Assembly (NCBI GenBank): GCA_964016885.1
Contig: OZ024740.1
Location: 46,624,001-46,688,000 of the forward strand
DNA from: Eledone cirrhosa
Lineage: Eukaryota
Length of the DNA: 64,000 bases
Reading direction: 5' to 3'
Positions 15,001 to 25,636 of this stretch are shown here, piece after piece. A model generated the notes under the pieces. The model saw nothing but the letters and a program-made list of their open reading frames with translations. It was not told where the DNA came from and made no database searches. Positions within the stretch are counted from its first letter, which is position 1. Each line of letters starts with the position of its first letter. The position numbers and the translations under genes were made by a program.

Positions 15001-18000
15001 GTAACCTCTACTATAGCCACAACCTAGCCTAACAGAATTACAATGTAACCTCTACTATAGCCACAACCTAGCCTAACAGAATTACAATGTAACCTCTACT
15101 ATAGCCACAACCTAGCCTAACAGAATTACAATGTAACCTCTACTATAGCCACAACCTAGCCTAACAGAATTACAATGTAACCTCTACTATAGCCACAACC
15201 TAGCCTAACAGAATTACAATGTAACCTCTACTATAGCCACAACCTAGCCTAACAGAATTACAATGTAACCTCTACTATAGCCACAACCTAGCCTAACAGA
15301 ATTACAATGTAAACTCTACTATAGTCACAACCCAGTCTAACAGAATTACAATGTAACCTCTAATATAGTCACAACCCAGCCTAACAGAATTACAATGTAA
15401 CCTCTACTATAGCCACAACCTAGCCTAACAGAATTACAATGTAACCTCTACTATAGCCACAACCTAGCCTAACAGAATTACAATGTAACCTCTACTATAG
15501 CCACAACCTAGTCTAACAGAATTACAATGTAACCTCTACTATAGTCACAACCCATGTGTAACAGAATTACAATGTAACCTCTACTATAGCCACAAACCAG
15601 TCTATCAGAATTACAATGTAACCTCTACTATAGCCACAACCTAGCCTAACAGAATTACAATGTAACCTCTACTATAGCCACAACCTAGCCTAACAGAATT
15701 ACAATGTAACCTCTACTATAGCCACAACCCAGCCTAACAGAATTACAATGTAACCTCTACTATAGCCACAACCTAGCCTAACAGAATTACAATGTAACCT
15801 CTACTATAGCCACAACCTAGCCTAACAGAATTACAATGTAACCTCTACTATAGCCACAACCTAGCCTAACAGAATTACAATGTAACCTCTACTATAGCCA
15901 CAACCTAGCCTAACAGAATTACAATGTAAACTCTACTATAGTCACAACCCAGTCTAACAGAATTACAATGTAACCTCTACTATAGTCACAACCCAGCCTA
16001 ACAGAATTACAATGTAACCTCTACTATAGCCACAACCTAGCCTAACAGAATTACAATGTAACCTCTACTATAGCCACAACCTAGCCTAACAGAATTACAA
16101 TGTAAACTCTACTATAGTCACAACCCAGTCTAACAGAATTACAATGTAACCTCTGCTATAGTCACAACCCAGCCTAACAGAATTAAAATGTAACCTCTAC
16201 TATAGCCACAACCTAGCCTAACAGAATTACAATGTAACCTCTACTATAGCCACAACCTAGCCTAACAGAATTACAATGTAACCTCTACTATAGCCACAAC
16301 CTAGCCTAACAGAATTACAATGTAACCTCTACTATAGCCACAACCTAGCCTAACAGAATTACAATGTAAACTCTACTATAGTCACAACCCAGTCTAACAG
16401 AATTACAATGTAACCTCTACTATAGTCACAACCCAGCCTAACAGAATTACAATGTAACCTCTACTATAGCCACAACCTAGCCTAACAGAATTACAATGTA
16501 ACCTCTACTATAGCCACAACCTAGCCTAACAGAATTACAATGTAACCTCTACTATAGCCACAACCTAGCCTAACAGAATTACAATGTAACCTCTACTATA
16601 GCCACAACCTAGCCTAACAGAATTACAATGTAACCTCTACTATAGCCACAACCTAGCCTAACAGAATTACAATGTAACCTCTACTATAGCCACAACCTAG
16701 CCTAACAGAATTACAATGTAACCTCTACTATAGCCACAACCTAGCCTAACAGAATTACAATGTAACCTCTACTATAGCCACAACCTAGCCTAACAGAATT
16801 ACAATGTAACCTCTACTATAGCCACAACCTAGCCTAACAGAATTACAATGTAAACTCTACTATAGTCACAACCCAGTCTAACAGAATTACAATGTAACCT
16901 CTAATATAGTCACAACCCAGCCTAACAGAATTACAATGTAACCTCTACTATAGCCACAACCTAGCCTAACAGAATTACAATGTAACCTCTACTATAGCCA
17001 CAACCTAGCCTAACAGAATTACAATGTAACCTCTACTATAGCCACAACCTAGTCTAACAGAATTACAATGTAACCTCTACTATAGTCACAACCCATGTGT
17101 AACAGAATTACAATGTAACCTCTACTATAGCCACAAACCAGTCTATCAGAATTACAATGTAACCTCTACTATAGCCACAACCTAGCCTAACAGAATTACA
17201 ATGTAACCTCTACTATAGACACAACCTAGCCTAACAGAATTACAATGTAACCTCTACTATAGCCACAACCCAGCCTAACAGAATTACAATGTAACCTCTA
17301 CTATAGCCACAACCTAGCCTAACAGAATTACAATGTAACCTCTACTATAGCCACAACCCAGCCTAACAGAATTACATTGTAACCTCTACTATAGCCACAA
17401 CCCAGCCTAACAGAATTACAATGTAACCTCTACTATAGCCACAACCTAGCCTAACAGAATTACAATGTAACCTCTACTATAGCCACAACCCAGCCTAACA
17501 GAATTACAATGTAACCTCTACTATAGCCACAACCTAGCCTAACAGAATTACAATGTAACCTCTACTATAGTCACAACCCAGTCTAACAGAATTACAATGT
17601 AACCTCTACTATAGCCATAACCTAGCCTAACAGAATTACAATGTAACCTCTACTATAGCCACAACCAAGACTAACAGAATTACAATGTAACCTCTACTAT
17701 AGCCACAACCTACTAACAGAATTACAATGTAACCTCTACTATAGCCACAACCCAGTCTAACAGAATTACAATGTAACCTCTACTATAGCCACAACCCAGC
17801 CTAACAGAATTACAATGTAACCTCTACTATAGCCACAACCCAGCCTAACAGAATTACAATGTAACCTCTTCTATAGCCACAACCCAGTCTAACAGAATTA
17901 CAATGTAACCTCTACTATAGCCACAACCTAGCCTAACAGAATTACAATGTAACCTCTACTATAGCCACAACCCAGCCTAACAGAATTACAATGTAACCTC

Positions 18001-21000
18001 TTCTATAGCCACAACCCAGTCTAACAGAGTTACAATGTAACCTCTACTATAGCCACAACCCAGCCTAACAGAATTACAATGTAACCTCTACTATAGCCAC
18101 AACCCAGCCTAACAGAATTACAATGTAACCTCTACTATAGCCACAACCTAGCCTAACAGAATTACAATGTAACCTCTACTATAGCCACAACCCAGTCTAA
18201 CAGAATTACAATGTAACCTCTACTATAGCCACAACCCAGCCTAACAGAATTACAATGTAACCTCTACTATAGCCACAACCCAGCCTAACAGAATTACAAT
18301 GTAACCTCTTCTATAGCCACAACCCAGTCTAACAGAATTACAATGTAACCTCTACTATAGCCACAATCTAGCCTAACAGAATTACAATGTAACCTCTACT
18401 ATAGCCACAACCCAGCCTAACAGAATTACAATGTAACCTCTTCTATAGCCACAACCCAGTCTAACAGAATTACAATGTAACCTCTACTATAGCCACAACC
18501 CAACCTAACAGAATTACAATGTAACCTCGACTATAGCCACAACCCAGCCTAACAGAATCACAATGTAACCCCTACTATAGCCACAACCTAGTCTAACAGA
18601 ATTACAATGTAACCTCTACTATAGCCACAACCCAGTCTAACAGAATTCCAATGTAACCTCTACTATAGCCACAACCTAGCCTAACAGAATTCCAATGTAA
18701 CCTCTACTATAGCCACAACCTAGCCTAACAGAATTACAATGTAACCTCTACTATAGCCACAACCCAGTCTAACAGAATTACAATGTAACCTCTACTATAG
18801 CCACAACCTAGCCTAACAGAATTACAATGTAACCTCTACTATAGCCACAACCCAGTCTAACAAAATTACAATGTAACCTCTACTATAGCCACAACCTAGC
18901 CTAACAGAATTACAATGTAACTTCTACTATAGCCACAACCCAGTCTAACAGAATTACAATGTAACCTCTACTATAGCCACAACCTAGCCTAACAGAATTA
19001 CAATGTAACCTCTACTATAGCCACAGCCCAGTCTAACAGAATTACAATGTTACCTCTACTATAGCCACAACCTAGCCTAACAGAATTACAATGTAACCTC
19101 TACTATAGCCACAACCTAGCCTAACAGAATTACAATGTAACCTCTACTATAGCCACAACCCAGCCTAACAGAATTACAATGTAACCTCTACTATAGCCAC
19201 AACCTAGCCTAACAGAATTACAATGTAACCTCTACTATAGCCACAACCCAGCCTAACAGAATTACAATGTAACCTCTACTATAGCCACAACCCAGCCTAA
19301 CAGAATTACAATGTAACCTCTACTATAGCCACAACCTAGCCTAACAGAATTACAATGTAACCTCTACTATAGCCACAACCCAGCCTAACAGAATTACAAT
19401 GTAACCTCTACTATAGCCACAACCTAGCCTAACAGAATTACAATGTAACCTCTACTATAGTCACAACCCAGTCTAACAGAATTACAATGTAACCTCTACT
19501 ATAGCCACAACCTAGCCTAACAGAATTACAATGTAACCTCTACTATAGCCACAACCAAGCCTAACAGAATTACAATGTAACCTCTACTATAGCCACAACC
19601 TAGCCTAACAGAATTACAATGTAACCTCTACTATAGCCACAACCCAGTCTAACAGAATTACAATGTAACCTCTACTATAGCCACAACCCAGCCTAACAGA
19701 ATTACAATGTAACCTCTACTATAGCCACAACCTAGCCTAACAGAATTACAATGTAACCTCTACTATAGCCACAACCCAGTCTAACAGAATTACAATGTAA
19801 CCTCTACTATAGCCACAACCCAGCCTAACAGAATTACAATGTAACCTCTACTATAGCCACAACCCAGCCTAACAGAATTACAATGTAACCTCTTCTATAG
19901 CCACAACCCAGTCTAACAGAATTACAATGTAACCTCTACTATAGCCACAACCTAGCCTAACAGAATTACAATGTAACCTCTACTATAGCCACAACCCAGC
20001 CTAACAGAATTACAATGTAACCTCTTCTATAGCCACAACCCAGTCTAACAGAATTACAATGTAACCTCTACTATAGCCACAACCCAACCTAACAGAATTA
20101 CAATGTAACCTCTACTATAGCCACAACCTAGCCTAACAGAATTACAATATAACCTCTACTATAGCCACAACCCAGTCTAACAGAATTACAATGTAACCTC
20201 TACTATAGCCACAACCCAGCCTAACAGAATTACAATGTAACCTCTACTATAGCCACAACCCAGCCTAACAGAATTACAATGTAACCTCTTCTATAGCCAC
20301 AACCCAGTCTAACAGAATTACAATGTAACCTCTACTATAGCCACAACCTAGCCTAACAGAATTACAATGTAACCTCTACTATAGCCACAACCCAGCCTAA
20401 CAGAATTACAATGTAACCTCTTCTATAGCCACAACCCAGTCTAACAGAATTACAATGTAACCTCTACTATAGCCACAACCCAACCTAACAGAATTACAAT
20501 GTAACCTCGACTATAGCCACAACCCAGCCTAACAGAATCACAATGTAACCCCTACTATAGCCACAACCTAGTCTAACAGAATTACAATGTAACCTCTACT
20601 ATAGCCACAACCCAGTCTAACAGAATTCCAATGTAACCTCTACTATAGCCACAACCTAGCCTAACAGAATTACAATGTAACCTCTACTATAGCCACAACC
20701 TAGCCTAACAGAATTACAATGTAACCTCTACTATAGCCACAACCCAGTCTAACAGAATTACAATGTAACCTCTACTATAGCCACAACCTAGCCTAACAGA
20801 ATTACAATGTAACCTCTACTATAGCCACAACCCAGTCTAACAAAATTACAATGTAACCTCTACTATAGCCACAACCTAGCCTAACAGAATTACAATGTAA
20901 CTTCTACTATAGCCACAACCCAGTCTAACAGAATTACAATGTAACCTCTACTATAGCCACAACCTAGCCTAACAGAATTACAATGTAACCTCTACTATAG

Positions 21001-22528
21001 CCACAACCCAGTCTAACAGAATTACAATGTTACCTCGACTATAGCCACAACCTAGCCTAACAGAATTACAATGTAACCTCTACTATAGCCACAACCTAGC
21101 CTAACAGAATTACAATGTAACCTCTACTATAGCCACAACCCAGCCTAACAGAATTACAATGTAACCTCTACTATAGCCACAACCTAGCCTAACAGAATTA
21201 CAATGTAACCTCTACTATAGCCACAACCCAGCCTAACAGAATTACAATGTAACCTCTACTATAGCCACAACCCAGCCTAACAGAATTACAATGTAACCTC
21301 TACTATAGCCACAACCTAGCCTAACAGAATTACAATGTAACCTCTACTATAGCCACAACCCAGCCTAACAGAATTACAATGTAACCTCTACTATAGCCAC
21401 AACCTAGCCTAACAGAATTGCAATGTAACCTCTACTATAGTCACAACCCAGTCTAACAGAATTACAATGTAACCTCTACTATAGCCACAACCTAGCCTAA
21501 CAGAATTACAATGTAACCTCTACTATAGCCACAACCAAGCCTAACAGAATTACAATGTAACCTCTACTATAGCCACAACCTAGCCTAACAGAATTACAAT
21601 GTAACCTCTACTATAGCCACAACCCAGTCTAACAGAATTACAATGTAACCTCTACTATAGCCACAACCCAGCCTAACAGAATTACAATGTAACCTCTACT
21701 ATAGCCACAACCCAGCCTAACAGAATTACAATGTAACCTCTTCTATAGCCACAACCCAGTCTAACAGAATTACAATGTAACCTCTACTATAGCCACAACC
21801 TAGCCTAACAGAATTACAATGTAACCTCTACTATAGCCACAACCCAGCCTAACAGAATTACAATGTAACCTCTTCTATAGCCACAACCCAGTCTAACAGA
21901 ATTACAATGTAACCTCTACTATAGCCACAACCCAACCTAACAGAATTACAATGTAACCTCTACTATAGCCACAACCTAGCCTAACAGAATTACAATGTAA
22001 CCTCTACTATAGCCACAACCCAGTCTAACAGAATTACAATGTAACCTCTACTATAGCCACAACCCAGCCTAACAGAATTACAATGTAACCTCTACTATAG
22101 CCACAACCCAGCCTAACAGAATTACAATGTAACCTCTTCTATAGCCACAACCCAGTCTAACAGAATTACAATGTAACCTCTACTATAGCCACAACCTAGC
22201 CTAACAGAATTACAATGTAACCTCTACTATAGCCACAACCCAGCCTAACAGAATTACAATGTAACCTCTTCTATAGCCACAACCCAGTCTAACAGAATTA
22301 CAATGTAACCTCTACTATAGCCACAACCCAACCTAACAGAATTACAATGTAACCTCTACTATAGCCACAACCCAGTCTAACAGAATTACAATGTAACCTC
22401 TACTATAGCCACAACCTAGCCTAACAGAATTACAATGTAACCTCTACTAGAGCCACAACCTAGCCTAACAGAATTACAATGTAACCTCTACTATAGCCAC
22501 AACCTAGCCTAACAGAATTACAATGTAA
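1..22528 (+). repeat. 44-bp tandem satellite array, left arm (about 510 monomers; runs off the window start)
   Basis: Continuous head-to-tail copies of CTATAGCCACAACC(C/T)AG(C/T)CTAACAGAATTACAATGTAACCTCTA (first unit 1-44, next CTATAG at 45). Occasional 45-bp (ATGTTTAACTC, CCCATGTGTAAC) and 42-bp (CCTACTAAC) monomers. No unique spacers. Ends at ...TTACAATGTAA (22528). Confidence 0.99.
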
Positions 22529-22550
22529 TAATAATAATGAAATAATGAAA
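22526..22550 (-). repeat. LINE 3' tail: (TTTCATTA)2 followed by (TTA)3
   Basis: Plus strand TAATAATAA TAATGAAA TAATGAAA. The first TAA (22526-22528) is shared with the satellite. Short-repeat tails rather than poly(A) are typical of CR1/L2 elements. Confidence 0.85.
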
Positions 22551-22781
22551 TTATTGTGTACAGTGCTCAGGTGCACTACAACTCATCAAAGGTGCATGTA
22601 TAGAATAATGTACAAATGTCAGGAAAATAAACAGTGTATGAGTCATGATATAATAACAATAACAATAATGAAATATTGTGCACAGTGGCCAGGTGCACCA
22701 CAACCCATCAAAAAAGTGCTTGTACAGTACATAGGCCAATGCACAAACATCAGTAAAATGAACAGTGCACGAGTCATGATA
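22529..22781 (-). repeat. Diverged direct duplication of about 110-120 bp in the LINE 3' UTR (copies 22541-22650 and 22664-22781)
   Basis: Both copies start AATAATGAAAT(T)ATTGTG(T/C)ACAGTG..CAGGTGCAC(T/C)ACAAC(T/C)CATCAAA and end AACAGTG(T/C)A(T/C)GAGTCATGATA on the plus strand. Confidence 0.88.
22559..22580 (-). other. Predicted 3'-terminal RNA stem-loop of the LINE
   Basis: RNA sense UGUAGUGC-ACCUGA-GCACUGUA forms an 8-bp stem (two G-U pairs) with a 6-nt loop, about 30 nt from the 3' end. This is the position of the RT-recognition stem-loop in L2/CR1-type LINEs. Confidence 0.55.
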
Positions 22782-22814
22782 CACACATGTGTGCATGTGT
22801 ATGGAAGGGGCACA

Positions 22815-25580
22815 TCAGGTGTAGTTTTGGCGTATTTCGGGAAGCATGAGTGTCTTAAAGGATGCAGTGTCTCGGCAGCTAACAATTGACGCAGGTAGTT
22901 TGTTCCATGCTTCAGCAACTCTGAGCGTGAAAAAATGTCTGCGAAAGTCATGGGAGCTGTGCTGTTTTCTTATCTTGTAGGCATGTCCACGTGTGTTAGA
23001 CACATGGAGATCAAAGAGGCGCTCAGGGTTGCAGTTGGCGAGATGGTTAAAAACTTTGTGGGTATTCACCAAGTCCATTGCCAGACGTCGGAGCTTCAAT
23101 GAATCCATGCCCAGGGAAGCAAGGCGTTCAGAGTATGGTAGGTGTCTGATGGAGGGTATGCGCTTGGTTGCACGTCTCTGAACAGTTTCCAGGAGGTCAA
23201 TGTTCCGAGCAAGATAGGGGTTCCAGACTGATGATGCGAATTCCAAGTGTGGTCGCACCATAGCTGTATACAGTTTTAAATAGATGGCTGGAGAGCGGCT
23301 AACAAAGGTCTTGCTGAGCGATGCCAAGACACCCTCGGCCTTCTTGACAATCTTAGAGACATGCTTTGTCCAACACAAATCGTTGCTGACAGTAATGCCC
23401 AGGTCACGTTCACAAGAGGACTTTTTGATGTCAGTGTTGTGGAGGGAGTATGTGGACGCTGGATTTTTCCTTCCAAAATGCATGGTGGTACACTTGTCCA
23501 CAGCCAGCTTCAGTTGCCAGTCTGTGATCCATTGCTGCATTGTGTCCAGGTCTGATTGTAGGAAAGAGTTGTAAATTTCAGGATCAGTCCTTTTGATTTC
23601 AAGGTACAGCTTGATGTCATCTGCATATTTTAGTACCGTGGCATTCTGTAAGTTGGCATCTATGTCATTAATATATGCCACAAACAAAAGAGGACCAAGA
23701 ACAGATCCCTGTGGTACACCAGATGACATCTCATATGGTGAAGAATGCTGTCCTAGAACCGTGACTACTTCCCTTCGGCTGAGAATGAAGGATTTCAGCC
23801 AGTCGAAAAGATCATCTCTCACACCCATTGCAGAGAGTTTTGCCATAAGTCTTTTGTGTGGCACAGAATTAAAAGCCTTAGCAAAGTCAAGGTAAACAAC
23901 ATCCACCCATGAGCCGCTGTCAGTGATCCGGGTGATGTCCTCAAGGAACTCGATAAGCTGATCACAGCAGCTGGAGTTAGGGATAAATCCAAACTGTGAG
24001 GGCCGGATGAGGCTGTGAGAGCTCCAGAAGTTCCAAAGTGTTTCTCTGACACAGGATTTCATCAGTTTGGCCATACAGCTAGTAAGACTGACTGGACGAT
24101 AGTTGACAGGTGACATGCGGTTGCCCTTTTTGAACAGGGGAATGACACTGGCAGTTTTCCACTGCTCCGGAGTAGCACCATTGCTGAGACAGTATTGAAA
24201 GAAAAAAGAAAGCTGGCGCAAAAGGAAATCCCCGCCACGTTTGAGTAGCAGGTATGTCACACCATCAAGACCAGGGGAGGCATAGTTGCACTTATTCTTA
24301 AGGTGACGTCGCAACATTGCAGGTGTAAATTCCATAGTTGTTATGGAATTTGATGTTAGAGATGGTGGAGATGGTACATTCTGGTTTTCAACAGTAAAAA
24401 TACTTGCATAGCACTCAGCAATGAGTTCTGCGCATTCCTTGGGATCGTCAGTGATCTGGCTTGTATGGGGATTGCGAAGAGGACCAACTGGAGAGTGAGG
24501 TCTCTGCTTTGAATGAACATATTTCCAGAACACCTTACTGTCAGGATTGGTTGCGATGCACTGTTCAAATTCAAGCACTGCCTTCTTTGTCACTTGCTTG
24601 AGATGGTTAGAAGATTTATTCCACTTTTTTCTGTTGGCATCTGATCTATGCAGTTTATATTCCCGTTCAGCGTTCCGACGTTCTTTCCTGGCAAGTCGGA
24701 CCGCTGAAGTTTCCCAGATTGCACTTTTGGGGTGGTTATTTTTCCGCTTCCGTGGCACTGATGCTGCACACGCTATCCATATTGAGTCCAGGATGCTCTG
24801 GAGTATAGAGTTCACATCTCCAGAGTTATACATCTCATGCCAGTTTGGGCGCTGTAGCTCAGTGCAGTACAAGTTCCAATCCGCCCTCTTCCAATCAAAG
24901 CAAGCAGATTGGAGATGGCTCTGGTTTTTGTTGCTGCCCTCAAGTGCCAGATTGGCAATGATCATAGCATGATCAGAGTCGCCTAGAGGTTCCTCAGTAG
25001 TACAACTGATAACCACTTCAGGAGTAGTGGTGAAGATCAGGTCCAAAGTGTTGTCACCTCTTGTTGGAGAGGTGACTACTTGTGACCAGTTTGAGTCCAG
25101 CACTAGTTCAAGGAAATCGTTTGCACCCTGTGGCCAACGAAAGGTTTCCCAATCGATCTCAGGATGATTGAAGTCACCTGCAATAAACACATAAGTGGCT
25201 GTTTTCTTGGCAGCAACTCTGAGGATATCGCAAAGCTGTGCGTCCTGATGGAAGTTTGGGGGGCGATAAACAACACCGAGCAGAAGTGTTGACATGGTCA
25301 TACGTATGTCACAGAAAAAAACTTCTTCCTGTGATTCGTTCAAATCAACGCAAGGAATTACCGAAAAGTTTGAACGAACGTAGACCATCACACCACCACC
25401 ACGGCGGTTAATGCGGTCCTTGCGGAAAAGGTTGTACCCAGTAATGGTGAAAACCCCATCACAGAGTAAGGAATGTGCCCATGTTTCCGTGACTGTGATG
25501 AAGTCAGGGTCGATGCTTCTGACGTAGGATTCGAACAGATGTATCTTGTTGCATAAACTGTGAGCATTTAAGGACAACAA
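22815..25580 (-). CDS. LINE ORF2: apurinic-like endonuclease plus reverse transcriptase. The track start is a TTG; the frame is open upstream to 25688 and the true initiation mode is uncertain
   Basis: 921-aa stop-free frame. APE motifs: LNAHSL, VTETW, RGGGV, VYRPP, GDFN, PTRGDNTLDLIF, SDH. RT motifs: SPGLDG, PLFKKG, NYRPVSLTS, QFGF, YLDFAKAF, SGVPQGSVLGPLLF, YADD. CR1-type tail motifs: ERDLG, RPHLEFASSVWNP, VQRRATK, YSERL, TRGH, FFTLRVAEAWNKLP. Confidence 0.96.
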   Translation of the reverse strand: MLSLNAHSLCNKIHLFESYVRSIDPDFITVTETWAHSLLCDGVFTITGYNLFRKDRINRRGGGVMVYVRSNFSVIPCVDLNESQEEVFFCDIRMTMSTLLLGVVYRPPNFHQDAQLCDILRVAAKKTATYVFIAGDFNHPEIDWETFRWPQGANDFLELVLDSNWSQVVTSPTRGDNTLDLIFTTTPEVVISCTTEEPLGDSDHAMIIANLALEGSNKNQSHLQSACFDWKRADWNLYCTELQRPNWHEMYNSGDVNSILQSILDSIWIACAASVPRKRKNNHPKSAIWETSAVRLARKERRNAEREYKLHRSDANRKKWNKSSNHLKQVTKKAVLEFEQCIATNPDSKVFWKYVHSKQRPHSPVGPLRNPHTSQITDDPKECAELIAECYASIFTVENQNVPSPPSLTSNSITTMEFTPAMLRRHLKNKCNYASPGLDGVTYLLLKRGGDFLLRQLSFFFQYCLSNGATPEQWKTASVIPLFKKGNRMSPVNYRPVSLTSCMAKLMKSCVRETLWNFWSSHSLIRPSQFGFIPNSSCCDQLIEFLEDITRITDSGSWVDVVYLDFAKAFNSVPHKRLMAKLSAMGVRDDLFDWLKSFILSRREVVTVLGQHSSPYEMSSGVPQGSVLGPLLFVAYINDIDANLQNATVLKYADDIKLYLEIKRTDPEIYNSFLQSDLDTMQQWITDWQLKLAVDKCTTMHFGRKNPASTYSLHNTDIKKSSCERDLGITVSNDLCWTKHVSKIVKKAEGVLASLSKTFVSRSPAIYLKLYTAMVRPHLEFASSVWNPYLARNIDLLETVQRRATKRIPSIRHLPYSERLASLGMDSLKLRRLAMDLVNTHKVFNHLANCNPERLFDLHVSNTRGHAYKIRKQHSSHDFRRHFFTLRVAEAWNKLPASIVSCRDTASFKTLMLPEIRQNYT

Positions 25581-25636
25581 TTTGTACCCTGCTCGCAGTT
25601 TATGATGGTGTGTAGAGGGTGGCAGGTTGTTCTGGT

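Noticed and set aside
1-22528. Coding potential or a true telomeric tract in the satellite
   Set aside because: The ORF track shows no ORFs there and the monomer carries TAA/TAG stops on both strands. There are no perfect tandem telomere repeats, only degenerate pentamers.
22545-22951. Short ORFs 22545-22889 (+), 22551-22796 (-) and 22643-22951 (-)
   Set aside because: They span the duplicated 3' UTR and the ORF2 end and have no recognisable motifs. Best explained as chance frames.
22993-24972. Small ORFs overlapping ORF2 on either strand (62-141 aa)
   Set aside because: Antisense or alternative-frame shadows of the RT/APE coding sequence, several with non-ATG starts and no domain signatures.
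25578-25580. TTG at 25580 as the true ORF2 start
   Set aside because: It is an ORF-caller alternative start. The frame is open 108 nt further upstream and TTG initiation is inefficient in eukaryotes. It remains only as an alternative to the frameshift model.
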